The notes: a model not told the origin generated them from the letters alone. A DNA stretch of 64,000 nucleotides from Bdellovibrionota bacterium (GCA_963668355.1 OY764265.1:832001-896000); one strand, 5' to 3'; positions 36,996-47,329 are shown, counted from the first letter of the stretch. Numbers and translations: made by a program.

Positions 36996-38435
36996 GTGAA
37001 CACACGCTCTACAAACTCCTGGCGGAGAATCCACATTATTTTGGGGCTGTTTTTTTTATGCGTCCTCCCACTTCATACGTGGGCCCAGTCTCTGACTTTT
37101 CAGCCCATCTACTTCAAATCACGAAAAGCCACCTTAGACGAGGCTTCGAAAGATGCGCTAAAAAGAATTGCGCAGCTTTTGGCCACACACCCCCAAGTGA
37201 CCCTGAAGCTCATCGGACATGCAGGAATTGAAGGAAAAAATGTCGATCCGCAAGCACTAAGCGAATCCCGAGCAACGAATGCCCTCAACTTCCTCCTAGA
37301 GGAAAAAGTAAAAAAGAAACGTCTTTCCGCTTTGGGAAAGGGGTCCGCCGAACTTTACGAACCAGGAAACCCGAGTGCGGCATCCAATCGACGGGTGGAG
37401 TTTGAATTTAAGGCCCCCGCCATCACCAAAAAAGACGGAAAAGAACTCGAAAAGATTCAGCTCATTTATTGGAACACGCTTTATCACGCCCTCATTCCCA
37501 TTACATACGTCAAAGGCTTCTTTGAGAAGGAGGGATTCGACGCATTGCTGATCGCGACCAACCACTCCACAATCAACCAAGTAAAAGCCAGCTGTGGCGT
37601 CGAGCCCTTTCTCAAATCCAAAGGCTTGATTTTTGCTGGAGCGGTGTGCGGAGGCTCCCCACATGAATCCATCGCGAAGGGATTAAAAATCAAGGTGATT
37701 GGTGGTCTGTTGTCAGGCGGTTCCATGCTCATCGCCAAACCGGAAATGGCCAAAAAACTTCGGGCCGATTGGAATAATTTCAGAGGAATTCGGATTGGTC
37801 GCCCCAAAGGAACCGTGCTCACGTCGATGATCGTTTCCTACAACGCATATATGAGAGGCGTCGATCACCGAAAGGAATTTAAGTGGCACCTTTACAATTC
37901 TCATGAGGAGGTGTTGGAAGCCATTGCTCGAGGAGAAATCGATGCTGGTGACACCTATGCACCCCTAAATCTTCGCGCCAAAGAGAAATATGGCATCGAA
38001 GAAGTCTACAATACCTTTGAGCTTTTTCCTTTCCATCCCTGCTGTCGCATCATCACCACACCCGAAAAACTCAAAAAAGACCGCCCCAAGTACGTCAGAT
38101 ATCTCAAAGCCATCATCCGAGGGCATGAATTTTTTACACGGTTTCCCTTGAAAGCGGTTGATATTGTTCAGGAATACACTGGATACACCAAAGATGAGGT
38201 CCGGATCTCCTTAACCAATCCTAACTTCCGCCTTAACCCCGACCCTCTTCGCAATGGCTTCATTAAGTTTTGGAAAATGATGAACGAGACCGGATTCATC
38301 CATTCCAAAGAAAACATTGAAGACTATATCGACAGTTCAGTTTATGAGGACGCTCTGAAGAAACTAATGGAAGAGGACCCTCAAAACCCGTATTATTCCT
38401 ACATGATGAAGCAGTTTCTGGTGCAGAATAGGTGA
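36996..38435 (+). CDS. OmpA-like peptidoglycan-binding domain fused to an NMT1/SsuA-type substrate-binding domain
   Basis: IYFKSRKATL...LIGHA...LSESRA...NRRVEF (OmpA_C); KGFFEKEG, AIARGEIDAG, HPCCRI (type II SBP). Confidence 0.8.
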   Translation: MNTRSTNSWRRIHIILGLFFLCVLPLHTWAQSLTFQPIYFKSRKATLDEASKDALKRIAQLLATHPQVTLKLIGHAGIEGKNVDPQALSESRATNALNFLLEEKVKKKRLSALGKGSAELYEPGNPSAASNRRVEFEFKAPAITKKDGKELEKIQLIYWNTLYHALIPITYVKGFFEKEGFDALLIATNHSTINQVKASCGVEPFLKSKGLIFAGAVCGGSPHESIAKGLKIKVIGGLLSGGSMLIAKPEMAKKLRADWNNFRGIRIGRPKGTVLTSMIVSYNAYMRGVDHRKEFKWHLYNSHEEVLEAIARGEIDAGDTYAPLNLRAKEKYGIEEVYNTFELFPFHPCCRIITTPEKLKKDRPKYVRYLKAIIRGHEFFTRFPLKAVDIVQEYTGYTKDEVRISLTNPNFRLNPDPLRNGFIKFWKMMNETGFIHSKENIEDYIDSSVYEDALKKLMEEDPQNPYYSYMMKQFLVQNR

Positions 38436-38460
38436 TGGGATGCACGCGGAAGAAATAGCT

Positions 38461-39543
38461 ATGAGTGATGTTTTGTCAAAACCGAAAGTTCTGATTGTCG
38501 ATGATGAGGTCGACAATTTAGATCTTTTGAAACGGGTTTTGCGCAGAGATTACGATGTTCATTCTGCACAGTCGGGACCGGACGCTCTAAAATTGATGGA
38601 AGATCATGATTTCTTCATCATTCTCACGGACCAACGAATGCCTAAGATGTTGGGAACCGAGTTTCTGGAAGAATCGGTTAAACGAGATCCTGCAGCCATT
38701 CGAATTTTAATCACGGGATACAGTGATATTGACAGCGTAATTGACGCCATCAATCGTGGTGCCGTTCATCGATACATAAAAAAGCCTTGGAATCGAGACG
38801 AACTAAAACGCGAGATTGAAAACAGCGTTCAGATCCAAAAACTCACCATGGAAAACCAAGAACTGGTTCGATCCATGCGAGAAACAAATAAAAAACTGCT
38901 CGAACAAGATGATCTTTTGAGAAAAAGTCTTGATGAGCGCTCTAGACAATTGCTTGAAACCAACGAGCAGCTCCGAAAACTTAATCAACGACTGGAAGGG
39001 CTCACGCTTCAAGATGGGTTGACGGGCTTGTACAATCACCGAGCTTTTCAGCAGCGGCTTCGAGAGGAAGTGGCGCGCGCAGGCCGCGCAAAACAACCCA
39101 TCTCACTCATCTTCATCGATATCGACCACTTTAAAAACTACAATGACACCAACGGACACCCTGCAGGCGATGAAGTCCTCAAAACGGTTGCCGGCATATT
39201 GACCGGAGACTCTCGTAGACACACGGACAAGGACTGGGGGGTCCGTGCTTCGGACATTGTTGCTCGCTACGGAGGAGAGGAATTCGCCATCATTCTTCCT
39301 GAAACCCCTTTAGAGGGCGGAAAGATAAAGGCTGAGCGAATCCGAAAAATGGTTGCTGAACATAATTTCCCTCATATGGAGTTTCAGCCTGACAAGAAAG
39401 TCACGATCAGCGTGGGAGTTGCCTCCTTCCCCGATGATGCCTCAAAATCTCAAGCACTCATTGATGAAGCGGACCAAGCGATGTATCACGCTAAGAAGAC
39501 GGGGCGAAATCAAGTCTGCACAAAACACGATCGGGAAAAATAA
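38461..39543 (+). CDS. Response regulator diguanylate cyclase (REC-coiled coil-GGDEF)
   Basis: VLIVDDE, TDQRMP, KPW; DGLTGLYN, DIDHFK.YND..GHPAGD, RASD I-site, RYGGEEF. Confidence 0.95.
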   Translation: MSDVLSKPKVLIVDDEVDNLDLLKRVLRRDYDVHSAQSGPDALKLMEDHDFFIILTDQRMPKMLGTEFLEESVKRDPAAIRILITGYSDIDSVIDAINRGAVHRYIKKPWNRDELKREIENSVQIQKLTMENQELVRSMRETNKKLLEQDDLLRKSLDERSRQLLETNEQLRKLNQRLEGLTLQDGLTGLYNHRAFQQRLREEVARAGRAKQPISLIFIDIDHFKNYNDTNGHPAGDEVLKTVAGILTGDSRRHTDKDWGVRASDIVARYGGEEFAIILPETPLEGGKIKAERIRKMVAEHNFPHMEFQPDKKVTISVGVASFPDDASKSQALIDEADQAMYHAKKTGRNQVCTKHDREK

Positions 39544-39549
39544 TCTAAC

Positions 39550-40332
39550 GTGAATCGGCTTTCAAAGACGGCTTATCCTGAAGAGTTGGTGCGTTTTTTT
39601 TCTGACCTTTCAAAAGGGGAAGAAAACCGACAACGTTTTTTGGAGGGTTGGAAAAAAGACCAAGGAGACCTTGAAGAGCTGAAAGATCAGACATTCGCTT
39701 GGGTCATCGGAAAAAGTCAGCTTCCTTGGTTGGAAATGAAAATTTCTCCCCCTTATGAGGCCATGCTTGAAGAGGCCTTAAACGTTCAAGAAACTCTGAT
39801 CAGTCATCGATCCGGCGACAACCCTGACCCCTACCTGAACAACCGCGGATGGAAGGCCGTCAACCTCCACGGAATCTCCTCAAAACACACGCAAGCATTT
39901 GGAGTCTATGGTTACGAGAAGGAAGAAGATGTTCCCTATCGCTGGACCGAAATCGCAGATGCTTGCCCGGAAACCACGCGCTTCTTTCAAAAAGTATATC
40001 CGTGCGACATGTATTATCGTGTTCGATTCGTGGTTCTGGAACCCGGAGGATATATTCTTCCCCATGTGGATCGAGCCAATTCGTTTCTTTGGGAAATGAA
40101 CATTGCTTTAAATCACCCTTCGGACTGTTACTTTCGAATGGAACCCGGTTTGTATGTACCCTTTCGACCCCAGTCTGCCTTTTTACTGGACGTGTCCCAT
40201 AAACATGCCGTCGTCAATTTGTCGAACGAGCGGCGGTTTCACATGATTGTTCACGGAAATCCGCTCCACAAAGAAGCTTGGCAGGAGCTCATCTTAAAAA
40301 GTTTTCATGCGTTTCTAGACGAACTGGTTTGA
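39550..40332 (+). CDS. Aspartyl/asparaginyl beta-hydroxylase-like 2OG-Fe(II) oxygenase
   Basis: WKAVNLHG, RVRFVVLEPGGYILPHVD (HxD), HAVVNLSNERRFHMIV. Confidence 0.8.
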   Translation: MNRLSKTAYPEELVRFFSDLSKGEENRQRFLEGWKKDQGDLEELKDQTFAWVIGKSQLPWLEMKISPPYEAMLEEALNVQETLISHRSGDNPDPYLNNRGWKAVNLHGISSKHTQAFGVYGYEKEEDVPYRWTEIADACPETTRFFQKVYPCDMYYRVRFVVLEPGGYILPHVDRANSFLWEMNIALNHPSDCYFRMEPGLYVPFRPQSAFLLDVSHKHAVVNLSNERRFHMIVHGNPLHKEAWQELILKSFHAFLDELV

Positions 40333-40371
40333 AATGCGTTTGCCCCCTTCGAAGCGGGGGCCTTTTACTAC

Positions 40372-40390
40372 TGGTCGGGGCGACTGGATT
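40372..40390 (-). repeat. 19-bp direct repeat of the tRNA-Pro 3' end
   Basis: TGGTCGGGGCGACTGGATT is identical at 40372-40390 and 40533-40551. Confidence 0.9.
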
Positions 40391-40488
40391 GCACGCGACT
40401 TTTGTCGCGTAGAATCCCAGGGAGAAAATTTCGCCACCACGCTTCGCGCGGTGCCGGCTCAATTTTGATGTTGTAAAACCACCCCGCC

Positions 40489-40532
40489 AAAAACAAAAAC
40501 CTCCCACCCAATGGGTGGAAGGTTTTTGTTTT
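40489..40532 (-). terminator. Terminator hairpin downstream of tRNA-Pro
   Basis: AAAACAAAAACCTCCCACCCA-a-TGGGTGGAAGGTTTTTGTTTT, near-perfect inverted repeat. Confidence 0.75.
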
Positions 40533-40609
<77 letters not shown>

Positions 40610-40720
40610 ACTTGGTCTGCTTCATACCACCAGACGCCTTGAATTGCCAGAGAGCAGCACCTCTTTGCACCCCACTCCCAAAGAAGCGAAGCGACCAGGC
40701 TTGTGCTACAATGGGGTTTG

Positions 40721-41551
40721 ATGTCTCCAAAGCTAGTTTTGACCTTCGCAGTTACCCTTTTTTGCGCCTGGGCTTTCTTACCCTACCCGGTATGGAGCCA
40801 AACCTCGGAAACACAGTCTTATTTACAGGCCTTGGAAAAAAGCAAAAACCTCGACCTGGAGAAGCAGGTAGATGTTTGGAGAGAATGGCTTTCGGAGAAT
40901 CCCAATTCTCAATTCCGACCTGAAGTGGAAAAAAACCTTCAGAATCTAGAAGAGCTTCTCTTAAATAGCAATCCAGAGAAAAAAAAGGAGTCCCAAGACA
41001 CCGAGATTTATCTTCGCGCGGTTGAGTTTTCAAAAACACTTTCTGAGCGTGATCGAATCGATCTTTGGTATCAGTTTCTTGAGGAGAATCCTGACAACCT
41101 CTTTCGACCCGAGGTAGAACGCATTCTGGAGAGTTTAGAACGTCGTCATGCTCCTTCCAGACCTCAAATTCAGCCCACCACGGCCAAGCCACAGACCGAA
41201 CCCCAAGAACCCCTCGTCTTGGATCTCAAGTACAAGGACCCGGATCGAGCCTTGCTTTACGCAACCTTCGTCGGATTACTGGTTCCCGGAATGGGACATT
41301 GGTACGCAGAGGACTATGTCATTGCGGGCGCTTTGACCGCACTTCGAATTGCCGGCTTGGCCATTGGCATTCCGGCCATTGTGAAAAAAACGCCATCTCT
41401 CATCATCACAGGGGGGGTTCTGGTTGGATTTTCATACATCGTGGATGTGGCGGATACTCCCTTTGCCGTGGCTCGGTACAATGAAGCCTTAGAACGGCAA
41501 CAGGCAGACGTTTGGAATGCGCCCGAGTTAATGCTCACCTTTCATTTTTGA
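40721..41551 (+). CDS. Exported/membrane hypothetical protein (repeated helical motif + TM2-like LVPGMGHWY segment)
   Basis: Signal peptide; two W..(W/F)L.ENP...FRPEVE repeats; C-terminal hydrophobic segments. Confidence 0.6.
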   Translation: MSPKLVLTFAVTLFCAWAFLPYPVWSQTSETQSYLQALEKSKNLDLEKQVDVWREWLSENPNSQFRPEVEKNLQNLEELLLNSNPEKKKESQDTEIYLRAVEFSKTLSERDRIDLWYQFLEENPDNLFRPEVERILESLERRHAPSRPQIQPTTAKPQTEPQEPLVLDLKYKDPDRALLYATFVGLLVPGMGHWYAEDYVIAGALTALRIAGLAIGIPAIVKKTPSLIITGGVLVGFSYIVDVADTPFAVARYNEALERQQADVWNAPELMLTFHF

Positions 41552-41557
41552 GCTTTG

Positions 41558-42280
41558 TTACTTGGAATCTTTCTCAAGCTCTCCCAATAGCTCCTCTAAC
41601 CGATCATCCTTCATGAGAGCCTCCACTTCGTCTCTTTTTTGAATTTTCTCAAAATCTCCTTCGTGCAAGTTTTTGAGAAACCGATGATCTCGAAAGGGGT
41701 TTCCAACATGATGTTCCGAAAAAAGCTCCTGAGCTTTTGGATCATCGCGCAAGACTTTGAATTTTTTCGGGTCATTCATGGCCTCTCGAAAGACTCGCAA
41801 CCGATCCAAAGCACGAGAGTTTCCCATCGGGTTGTATTCTGCGGCCAGTTTATAGGTTTGGCTCGCCAACAACTTCGGGAACCATTCTTTCGTTAAATGC
41901 CGAGGAACCAAGGCCAAGAAACAAAAAACAATGCTCACCAAAACAACGCCCTTGATTCCACCAAGAACGCCACCCCCGACACGGTTCAATTTTTTGAATT
42001 CTCGCACACGATTCACGAGCATTTTTTCGATTCCAAAACCAAACAGTCGCGCCGAGAGATAAACGGCAACTCCAACCACCAAAATGGAAAGTTTCTCTGC
42101 CATAAACCGAGAAATTTCCAATTGATCCTGGACAAAACCACCGATGGTTGGCCCCCAACTGGGAGCAATGAAATAGGCCAAAAGAATTCCAGCCAGAGCC
42201 ATGATTTGGCTCACGACACCTCGAAACAAACCAAAGACGGCCAACAAGCCGATCAAAATCAGTACAACTGCATCAATCAT
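41558..42280 (-). CDS. cvpA: CvpA (colicin V production) family membrane protein
   Basis: MIDAVVL...GLFRGVVSQ, LNRVGGGVLGGIKG. Confidence 0.85.
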   Translation of the reverse strand: MIDAVVLILIGLLAVFGLFRGVVSQIMALAGILLAYFIAPSWGPTIGGFVQDQLEISRFMAEKLSILVVGVAVYLSARLFGFGIEKMLVNRVREFKKLNRVGGGVLGGIKGVVLVSIVFCFLALVPRHLTKEWFPKLLASQTYKLAAEYNPMGNSRALDRLRVFREAMNDPKKFKVLRDDPKAQELFSEHHVGNPFRDHRFLKNLHEGDFEKIQKRDEVEALMKDDRLEELLGELEKDSK

Positions 42281-42301
42281 TGAAAAGTCACGAAGACTGC
42301 A

Positions 42302-43774
42302 TCACTCCAGCGTAAACGCAATGAAAAGTGTTGAGCTTTTCCCGCGTTTCACAAGCAATAAAACCGTGTCTCCTTTTTTCTTTTTCGTCACAATTTTTTT
42401 ATATTGCTTGGGGGAAGTCACCTCTTTGTGGTCCACCTTCATGATGATGTCCCCTTCTCGAACACCCTTTCCAAAGGCGGGGCTCGAAGGATTCACCTGA
42501 CCGACCAAAACACCTTTGACCGACGGATCCAATCCCATCGACTTCAACACCTCCGGAGTCAAGGATTGAACTTTTAGACCCAGTAAATCCGTGCCTTCCT
42601 CAACTCGACCTTCCTTGCGCACATCTTCATCGGTTAGCTCTTCCACTTTCACTCGAACGGTTTTCCTTTTCCCATCTCGAACCAAGCCCACCTTTACTCG
42701 CTTTCCGGGTTTCGTGTCGGCTACGAGGAAACGAAGCTCCTGAACGCCCTTCACATCCTTTCCATCAAACGCGACAATCACATCTCCGGGAGCAATTCCG
42801 CCTTTTTCAGCAGGGCTTCCTTTCTGAACTTCTCGAACCAAAGCGCCTTTACGACCTTTAAGTTTCAAAGCCTTAGCAATGTCTGCGGGGATGGAATCGA
42901 TGATGACACCTAAGCGACCTCGGGAAACCTTTCCATCGTTTTTCAACGTCAACAAAATTTTCTTTGCCAAATTGATGGGAATGGCAAAGCCTATTCCCTG
43001 CGCGGAGGCAATGATCGCCGTATTGATTCCAATCACCTCACCCTGAAGGTTCAACAACGGCCCTCCCGAATTTCCCGGATTGATCGAGGTATCGGTTTGA
43101 ATGAACGCATCATAATCGACGATTCCAATGGTTCTTTCTTTGGCACTGACAATTCCTTGCGTCACGGAGTGAGAAAATCCAAACGGATTTCCGATGGCCA
43201 CGACGACATCACCCACTTTTAACTTCTCCGAATCTCCCAAAACGACATGAGGCAGCTTCCTTTTGGCATCAATTTTAATCAAAGCCACATCGGTTTTGGC
43301 GTCCCGACCGATGACCTTGGCTTTGAATTCGGTTTCGTCAAACAACACCACGGTGATCTCATCGGCCTTTTCAACAACATGATTGTTGGTGGCAATATAA
43401 CCATCGGAACTCAAGATGAACCCAGATCCCAAGCTTCTTTTCTTGGGTTGGGGGACTGGCATCGGCATGTTTTTGGGAGACTTGCCTGGATTGAAAAAGC
43501 GATGGAAAAGATCATCTCCAAAAAAATCTTCGAACGGATTGGGAAATCTTCTCACGTCTTGTTTGACTTCCTGTGTGGTGCTGATGTTGACCACGGACTT
43601 ATTCAGCTGCTCGGCCACATTTCGAAAAGCATCCGGAGTTAAATATTTCATCCCCTGATTCACTTTGTAATCGGAGACATCTTTACCTTCCGTCCACAAA
43701 CCATTGGAGGCCCAAGCACCTCCAGGAAGCAAAAGAAAAGATAAAATTGCGATGGTGAGGGTTTTTCTGATCAT
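42302..43774 (-). CDS. degP: Do/DegQ-family periplasmic serine protease with two PDZ domains
   Basis: GSGFI, TNNHV, DVAL, INPGNSGGPL, two PDZ domains. Confidence 0.93.
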   Translation of the reverse strand: MIRKTLTIAILSFLLLPGGAWASNGLWTEGKDVSDYKVNQGMKYLTPDAFRNVAEQLNKSVVNISTTQEVKQDVRRFPNPFEDFFGDDLFHRFFNPGKSPKNMPMPVPQPKKRSLGSGFILSSDGYIATNNHVVEKADEITVVLFDETEFKAKVIGRDAKTDVALIKIDAKRKLPHVVLGDSEKLKVGDVVVAIGNPFGFSHSVTQGIVSAKERTIGIVDYDAFIQTDTSINPGNSGGPLLNLQGEVIGINTAIIASAQGIGFAIPINLAKKILLTLKNDGKVSRGRLGVIIDSIPADIAKALKLKGRKGALVREVQKGSPAEKGGIAPGDVIVAFDGKDVKGVQELRFLVADTKPGKRVKVGLVRDGKRKTVRVKVEELTDEDVRKEGRVEEGTDLLGLKVQSLTPEVLKSMGLDPSVKGVLVGQVNPSSPAFGKGVREGDIIMKVDHKEVTSPKQYKKIVTKKKKGDTVLLLVKRGKSSTLFIAFTLE

Positions 43775-43808
43775 AGGCCTTTGGTAGATAAACCCTGGGT
43801 GGGATCTG

Positions 43809-45386
43809 TCAAGACCTGGATTCCATCTCCAATCCGTATTTCTGGATTTTCCAAATCAATGTGGCCCGGCTCACACCCAACTCTCTCGATAGTCGCGATT
43901 TATTCCATTTGTGTCGACGCAACCCGTCTAATAAAATCTGGCGTTCCACATGCTCCATGGCATCTTTCAGCTTGCCCTTCAATCGAATCTGAAAAGTGGA
44001 CTGCATGCTTGCATGAACGGCAGGCGAAAGCACGTCACCCTCAATCACCCGACTTTTTCCAGAAAGAACAATGGCTCGTTGGATTTCATTCTCCAGTTGC
44101 CGGACATTTCCCGGCCAATTGTAAGCCACCAACAAATCCAACGCGTGAGGAGAGACGGTCTTCCAGTTCTCTTCAGTGGTGGAAAATTTATTCAAAAAAT
44201 GTTCGACCAGAAGAGGAATATCGTCCCTTCGTTCTCGCAAAGGCGGTACTTGAATATTGATGACATTCAAACGATAAAACAGATCTTCCCGGAACGACCC
44301 CTCCTCCACCATTTTTTTCAAATCCTTATTGGTGGCCGTAATGATCCTCACATCCACTTTTCTAGGCTCGGTTCCACCCACGGGAAGAAAAGTGCCTTCT
44401 TGCAAAACACGAAGCAACTTGACTTGGAGAGTGGAGGACATATCCCCAATTTCATCCATGAAAAAAGTGCCTCCGTTCGCCATTTCAAACAATCCCTTTT
44501 TGTCTCTCACAGCTCCTGTAAAAGAACCACGAAGATGTCCAAACAGCTCGCTGTCTAAAAGGTTGTCATTAAATGCGGAGCAATTCTGCGTAACAAAAAT
44601 TTGATCCGAACGCGGGGAATGGTTATGAATGGCCCTCGCAACCATTTCCTTTCCGGTCCCGTTCTCGCCTTGAATCAAAACCGTGGATTCGCTTTCTCTA
44701 AGCTTCATCAAAAGATTAAAGACTCTTTCCATGGCCTGCGACTGCCCCACAATGGAAAAGGGGTTATTCGAATTTTCTCCACCTTCGACGATCTTAAGTC
44801 GCATGGACTTTCTCCGTTCCATTTCAGAGAAATGAACCATTTTGACTTCCTCTATCCCAAATTCGATCAATTGCGTAAGGGAATCAATTTGATCTTGATT
44901 CAAAACAGGGATGCTTTCAAAGGCCTCATCCGTTTTCGAGATGGCCAAACCTTGATACGCATCCGTTTTCGCAAGAATTTGGGCTTGGACACCTGGAAGC
45001 GGTTTTTCCCGAACAAACCCACCCGCAATAACCATTCCGATGAAAACGTCATCCAAAAACACGGGAACACCCAAATACTCAAAGCCCGCATGACAGAGAA
45101 AGGTCTGCGAAGCTAGCTCCCCCTTGCTTCTTTTCGCAATGGCGACCGCCCCCCGAATGCTTTCGTCACAAGCCTGCACCCCTTCCGGGTCCAGCATGCA
45201 TTTATGGCAAAAAAGATTATGATTTCGGCAGATTTTACCTCTTTCCGAATCCAGAAATTGACCATCCGACAACACAAAGTCGACCTGAAGATTCCAGATT
45301 CGCCGGATGAGCTGCCTTAGTTTTTTGACCGTCTGCAAACGCTCATAGGACAGCGCAATGTCTCGCAGATCTTTTTTTACCGGCAT
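43809..45386 (-). CDS. Sigma54-dependent activator with a PocR sensory domain
   Basis: PocR-like FC...C...CHAG; GENGTGKE, GSFTGA, FREDLFYRLN, WPGNVRQLEN, Fis-type HTH. Confidence 0.93.
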   Translation of the reverse strand: MPVKKDLRDIALSYERLQTVKKLRQLIRRIWNLQVDFVLSDGQFLDSERGKICRNHNLFCHKCMLDPEGVQACDESIRGAVAIAKRSKGELASQTFLCHAGFEYLGVPVFLDDVFIGMVIAGGFVREKPLPGVQAQILAKTDAYQGLAISKTDEAFESIPVLNQDQIDSLTQLIEFGIEEVKMVHFSEMERRKSMRLKIVEGGENSNNPFSIVGQSQAMERVFNLLMKLRESESTVLIQGENGTGKEMVARAIHNHSPRSDQIFVTQNCSAFNDNLLDSELFGHLRGSFTGAVRDKKGLFEMANGGTFFMDEIGDMSSTLQVKLLRVLQEGTFLPVGGTEPRKVDVRIITATNKDLKKMVEEGSFREDLFYRLNVINIQVPPLRERRDDIPLLVEHFLNKFSTTEENWKTVSPHALDLLVAYNWPGNVRQLENEIQRAIVLSGKSRVIEGDVLSPAVHASMQSTFQIRLKGKLKDAMEHVERQILLDGLRRHKWNKSRLSRELGVSRATLIWKIQKYGLEMESRS

Positions 45387-45598
45387 ATTTCCCCTACTTC
45401 CTAAACGTTTCCCTCCTCATAAACGACAGGTGTATAGTTTGTCAACAGGGGAGTCAGGTTTCTTGACACTTTTGATGCAATATGTTATATCAAGATCGCA
45501 TTTGGGGGAAATACGCTAACTTATGGAAACACTTGATTTTTTTTAAGTTTCCGGATAAGTCCTCAAAGAGACACCTAACGCTTTGCTAAGGAGTTTAT

Positions 45599-46018
45599 AT
45601 GGCTTCGTTTCGCGAACAAGGGCCGACCGAAAGATTTGAAAAGAGAAAGCTCTTTCGTTTTCCTGTTCAGCTTCCCGTTAAACTGGGAACCAACGAAGAT
45701 CTTTCTTCGATCTGCACAAATCTCAGCACCAATGGAGCCTCCATCGAGACGGCTCAGAAATTGGCCATCAGCGAGAAACTGGCTGTCAGCGTTGTGATTG
45801 CCCCCAAAGAGGAACCGCTAAGGATGGTCGGAAAAGTCGTCTGGAAAAGACACACAGGCATTGTAGACCCCGAAAAAAAGGACATCTACGAAGTGGGTGT
45901 GCGCTTCTTAAGGCCCCTTCCTAGTCTGGAAAAGCAAGGAAATGATCAGGCGTTTGATGAATTCGACATCATCCCAGAAGAGGACGAGGCCGGGTACATT
46001 CTTCCCGAAAGACCCTGA
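45599..46018 (+). CDS. PilZ-domain protein
   Basis: EKRKLFR, NLSTNGA. Confidence 0.85.
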   Translation: MASFREQGPTERFEKRKLFRFPVQLPVKLGTNEDLSSICTNLSTNGASIETAQKLAISEKLAVSVVIAPKEEPLRMVGKVVWKRHTGIVDPEKKDIYEVGVRFLRPLPSLEKQGNDQAFDEFDIIPEEDEAGYILPERP

Positions 46019-46021
46019 CCC

Positions 46022-46453
46022 ATGTCACCTCACCCTCCCGAAGCTCTTCCCATGGATCGAAGAGCCAATGTGCGTGCTGACTTTCATCGATCTGTGAGTT
46101 TCGTGAAAAACCCCACGCGGCCCATTCAAGGCGGAATGGGACGGGCTGTGACTCAAGACCTAAGTTTAAAAGGGGCACGGATCCTCACTCGAGCCCTTCC
46201 GCCAGAGCGAAAATCCTTTCCTTTATGGGTCTACTTGGACGATCAGAATGTGATCCGAGCCCAGGGAAAAGTCGTGTGGAGCCAAATTGAATCCATGTTG
46301 GGAGACAGCCCTTACTGGCTTCAATGTGGAATTTCCTTATCCATTCCCGAGTCTTCAGAGCGAGTAACATTGGCTCGAGCCATAGCCAAAAAAGTTGGAA
46401 CCGACCGCGTGATGCGGGAAGAGGCGACAACGAAAATCGGTTATCTACTTTAA
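46022..46453 (+). CDS. PilZ-domain protein
   Basis: DRRANVR, QDLSLKGA. Confidence 0.85.
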   Translation: MSPHPPEALPMDRRANVRADFHRSVSFVKNPTRPIQGGMGRAVTQDLSLKGARILTRALPPERKSFPLWVYLDDQNVIRAQGKVVWSQIESMLGDSPYWLQCGISLSIPESSERVTLARAIAKKVGTDRVMREEATTKIGYLL

Positions 46454-47023
46454 CGAAACCTTCATTTCCACCTTTTCAAGTGGATTGTCTCGCCCATCGC
46501 GGGGGACGCCTACGATTTTATCGGCCACATCCATGCCCTCCACAACGCGTCCGAACACGGTGTACTGGCCATCCAACCAAGGAGATTCTTTGACGACAAT
46601 GAAAAACTGGCTTCCCGCACTATTGGGATCACCCCCACGAGCCATGGAAAGGATGCCTCTCTTATGCTTCTCTTGGCTAAATTCTGCAGGAATGGTGTAG
46701 CCCGGACCTCCCGTTCCATCATTGCTGCGATCTTCGTCTTTGGAGTTTGGATCCCCGCCTTGAATCATGAAGTCAGGAATCACGCGATGAAACGTGGTTC
46801 CATCATAAAATCCCGAAGAGGCCAGTTTTTGAAAATTGGCTACGGTTTTCGGAGCCAATTCTGGCAAAAACTCAACGGTCATCTTGCCAAACTTAGTTTC
46901 AATCACGGCTTGTTTGGCTTGTAGATTTGGTTGCGTCACGGTCTTCTCCTTTTTGGTGCAGCTTAAAAATCCAAAGACGCAAACCAAAATCAGCGTCCAA
47001 ATGAATCTCTTTTTTTGTGTCAT
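46445..47023 (-). CDS. Cyclophilin-type peptidyl-prolyl isomerase (lipoprotein)
   Basis: FLS-C lipobox; FYDGTTFHRVIPDFMIQGGDP, SAGSQFFI, WLDGQYTVFG. Confidence 0.95.
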   Translation of the reverse strand: MTQKKRFIWTLILVCVFGFLSCTKKEKTVTQPNLQAKQAVIETKFGKMTVEFLPELAPKTVANFQKLASSGFYDGTTFHRVIPDFMIQGGDPNSKDEDRSNDGTGGPGYTIPAEFSQEKHKRGILSMARGGDPNSAGSQFFIVVKESPWLDGQYTVFGRVVEGMDVADKIVGVPRDGRDNPLEKVEMKVSLK

Positions 47024-47280
47024 TAAATCCCAGGACCTTCCTCTTCTTGATAGAGCTTACGAATTTCTTGAAGAAATTTTTGCCGACGATCCAAAGGGGA
47101 ACGATGGTCGATCTGCCACAGGGTCGGATCCATTGGCTGATGAACCTTCTTCTTCGGTTTTTGCAGCAATTTGGTTTTGGAATCTGGGTCAGCCTGAGGG
47201 GTCGCTTGCGCTGAAAATGGGATCAACAAACAAGCCAAAAGAAGAAATCTCCAGCCCCTTTTTCCCAAGAAGTATCTCAT
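47023..47280 (-). CDS. Small exported hypothetical protein
   Basis: ATG 47280, signal peptide ending AQA; stop overlaps the cyclophilin start (TAATG). Confidence 0.5.
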   Translation of the reverse strand: MRYFLGKRGWRFLLLACLLIPFSAQATPQADPDSKTKLLQKPKKKVHQPMDPTLWQIDHRSPLDRRQKFLQEIRKLYQEEEGPGI

Positions 47281-47329
47281 GAATTGTTTATACCAAGGAG
47301 GCTCAAAGTTCGTCAAAGTCCTTTCAAGC

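Noticed and set aside
38461..39543. Hypr-type (cGAMP-producing) GGDEF to match the variant riboswitch
   Set aside because: The specificity residue in GHPAGD is Asp, as in canonical diguanylate cyclases, not Ser/Thr.
940..40371. Prophage, ICE or IS as carrier of the accessory region
   Set aside because: No integrase, transposase, phage or conjugation genes, and no distal att copy was found by eye.
45525..45545. AAATCAAGTGTT shared (reverse strand) with 21059-21070, IHF-like
   Set aside because: A short AT-rich match with an imperfect IHF consensus; could be chance.
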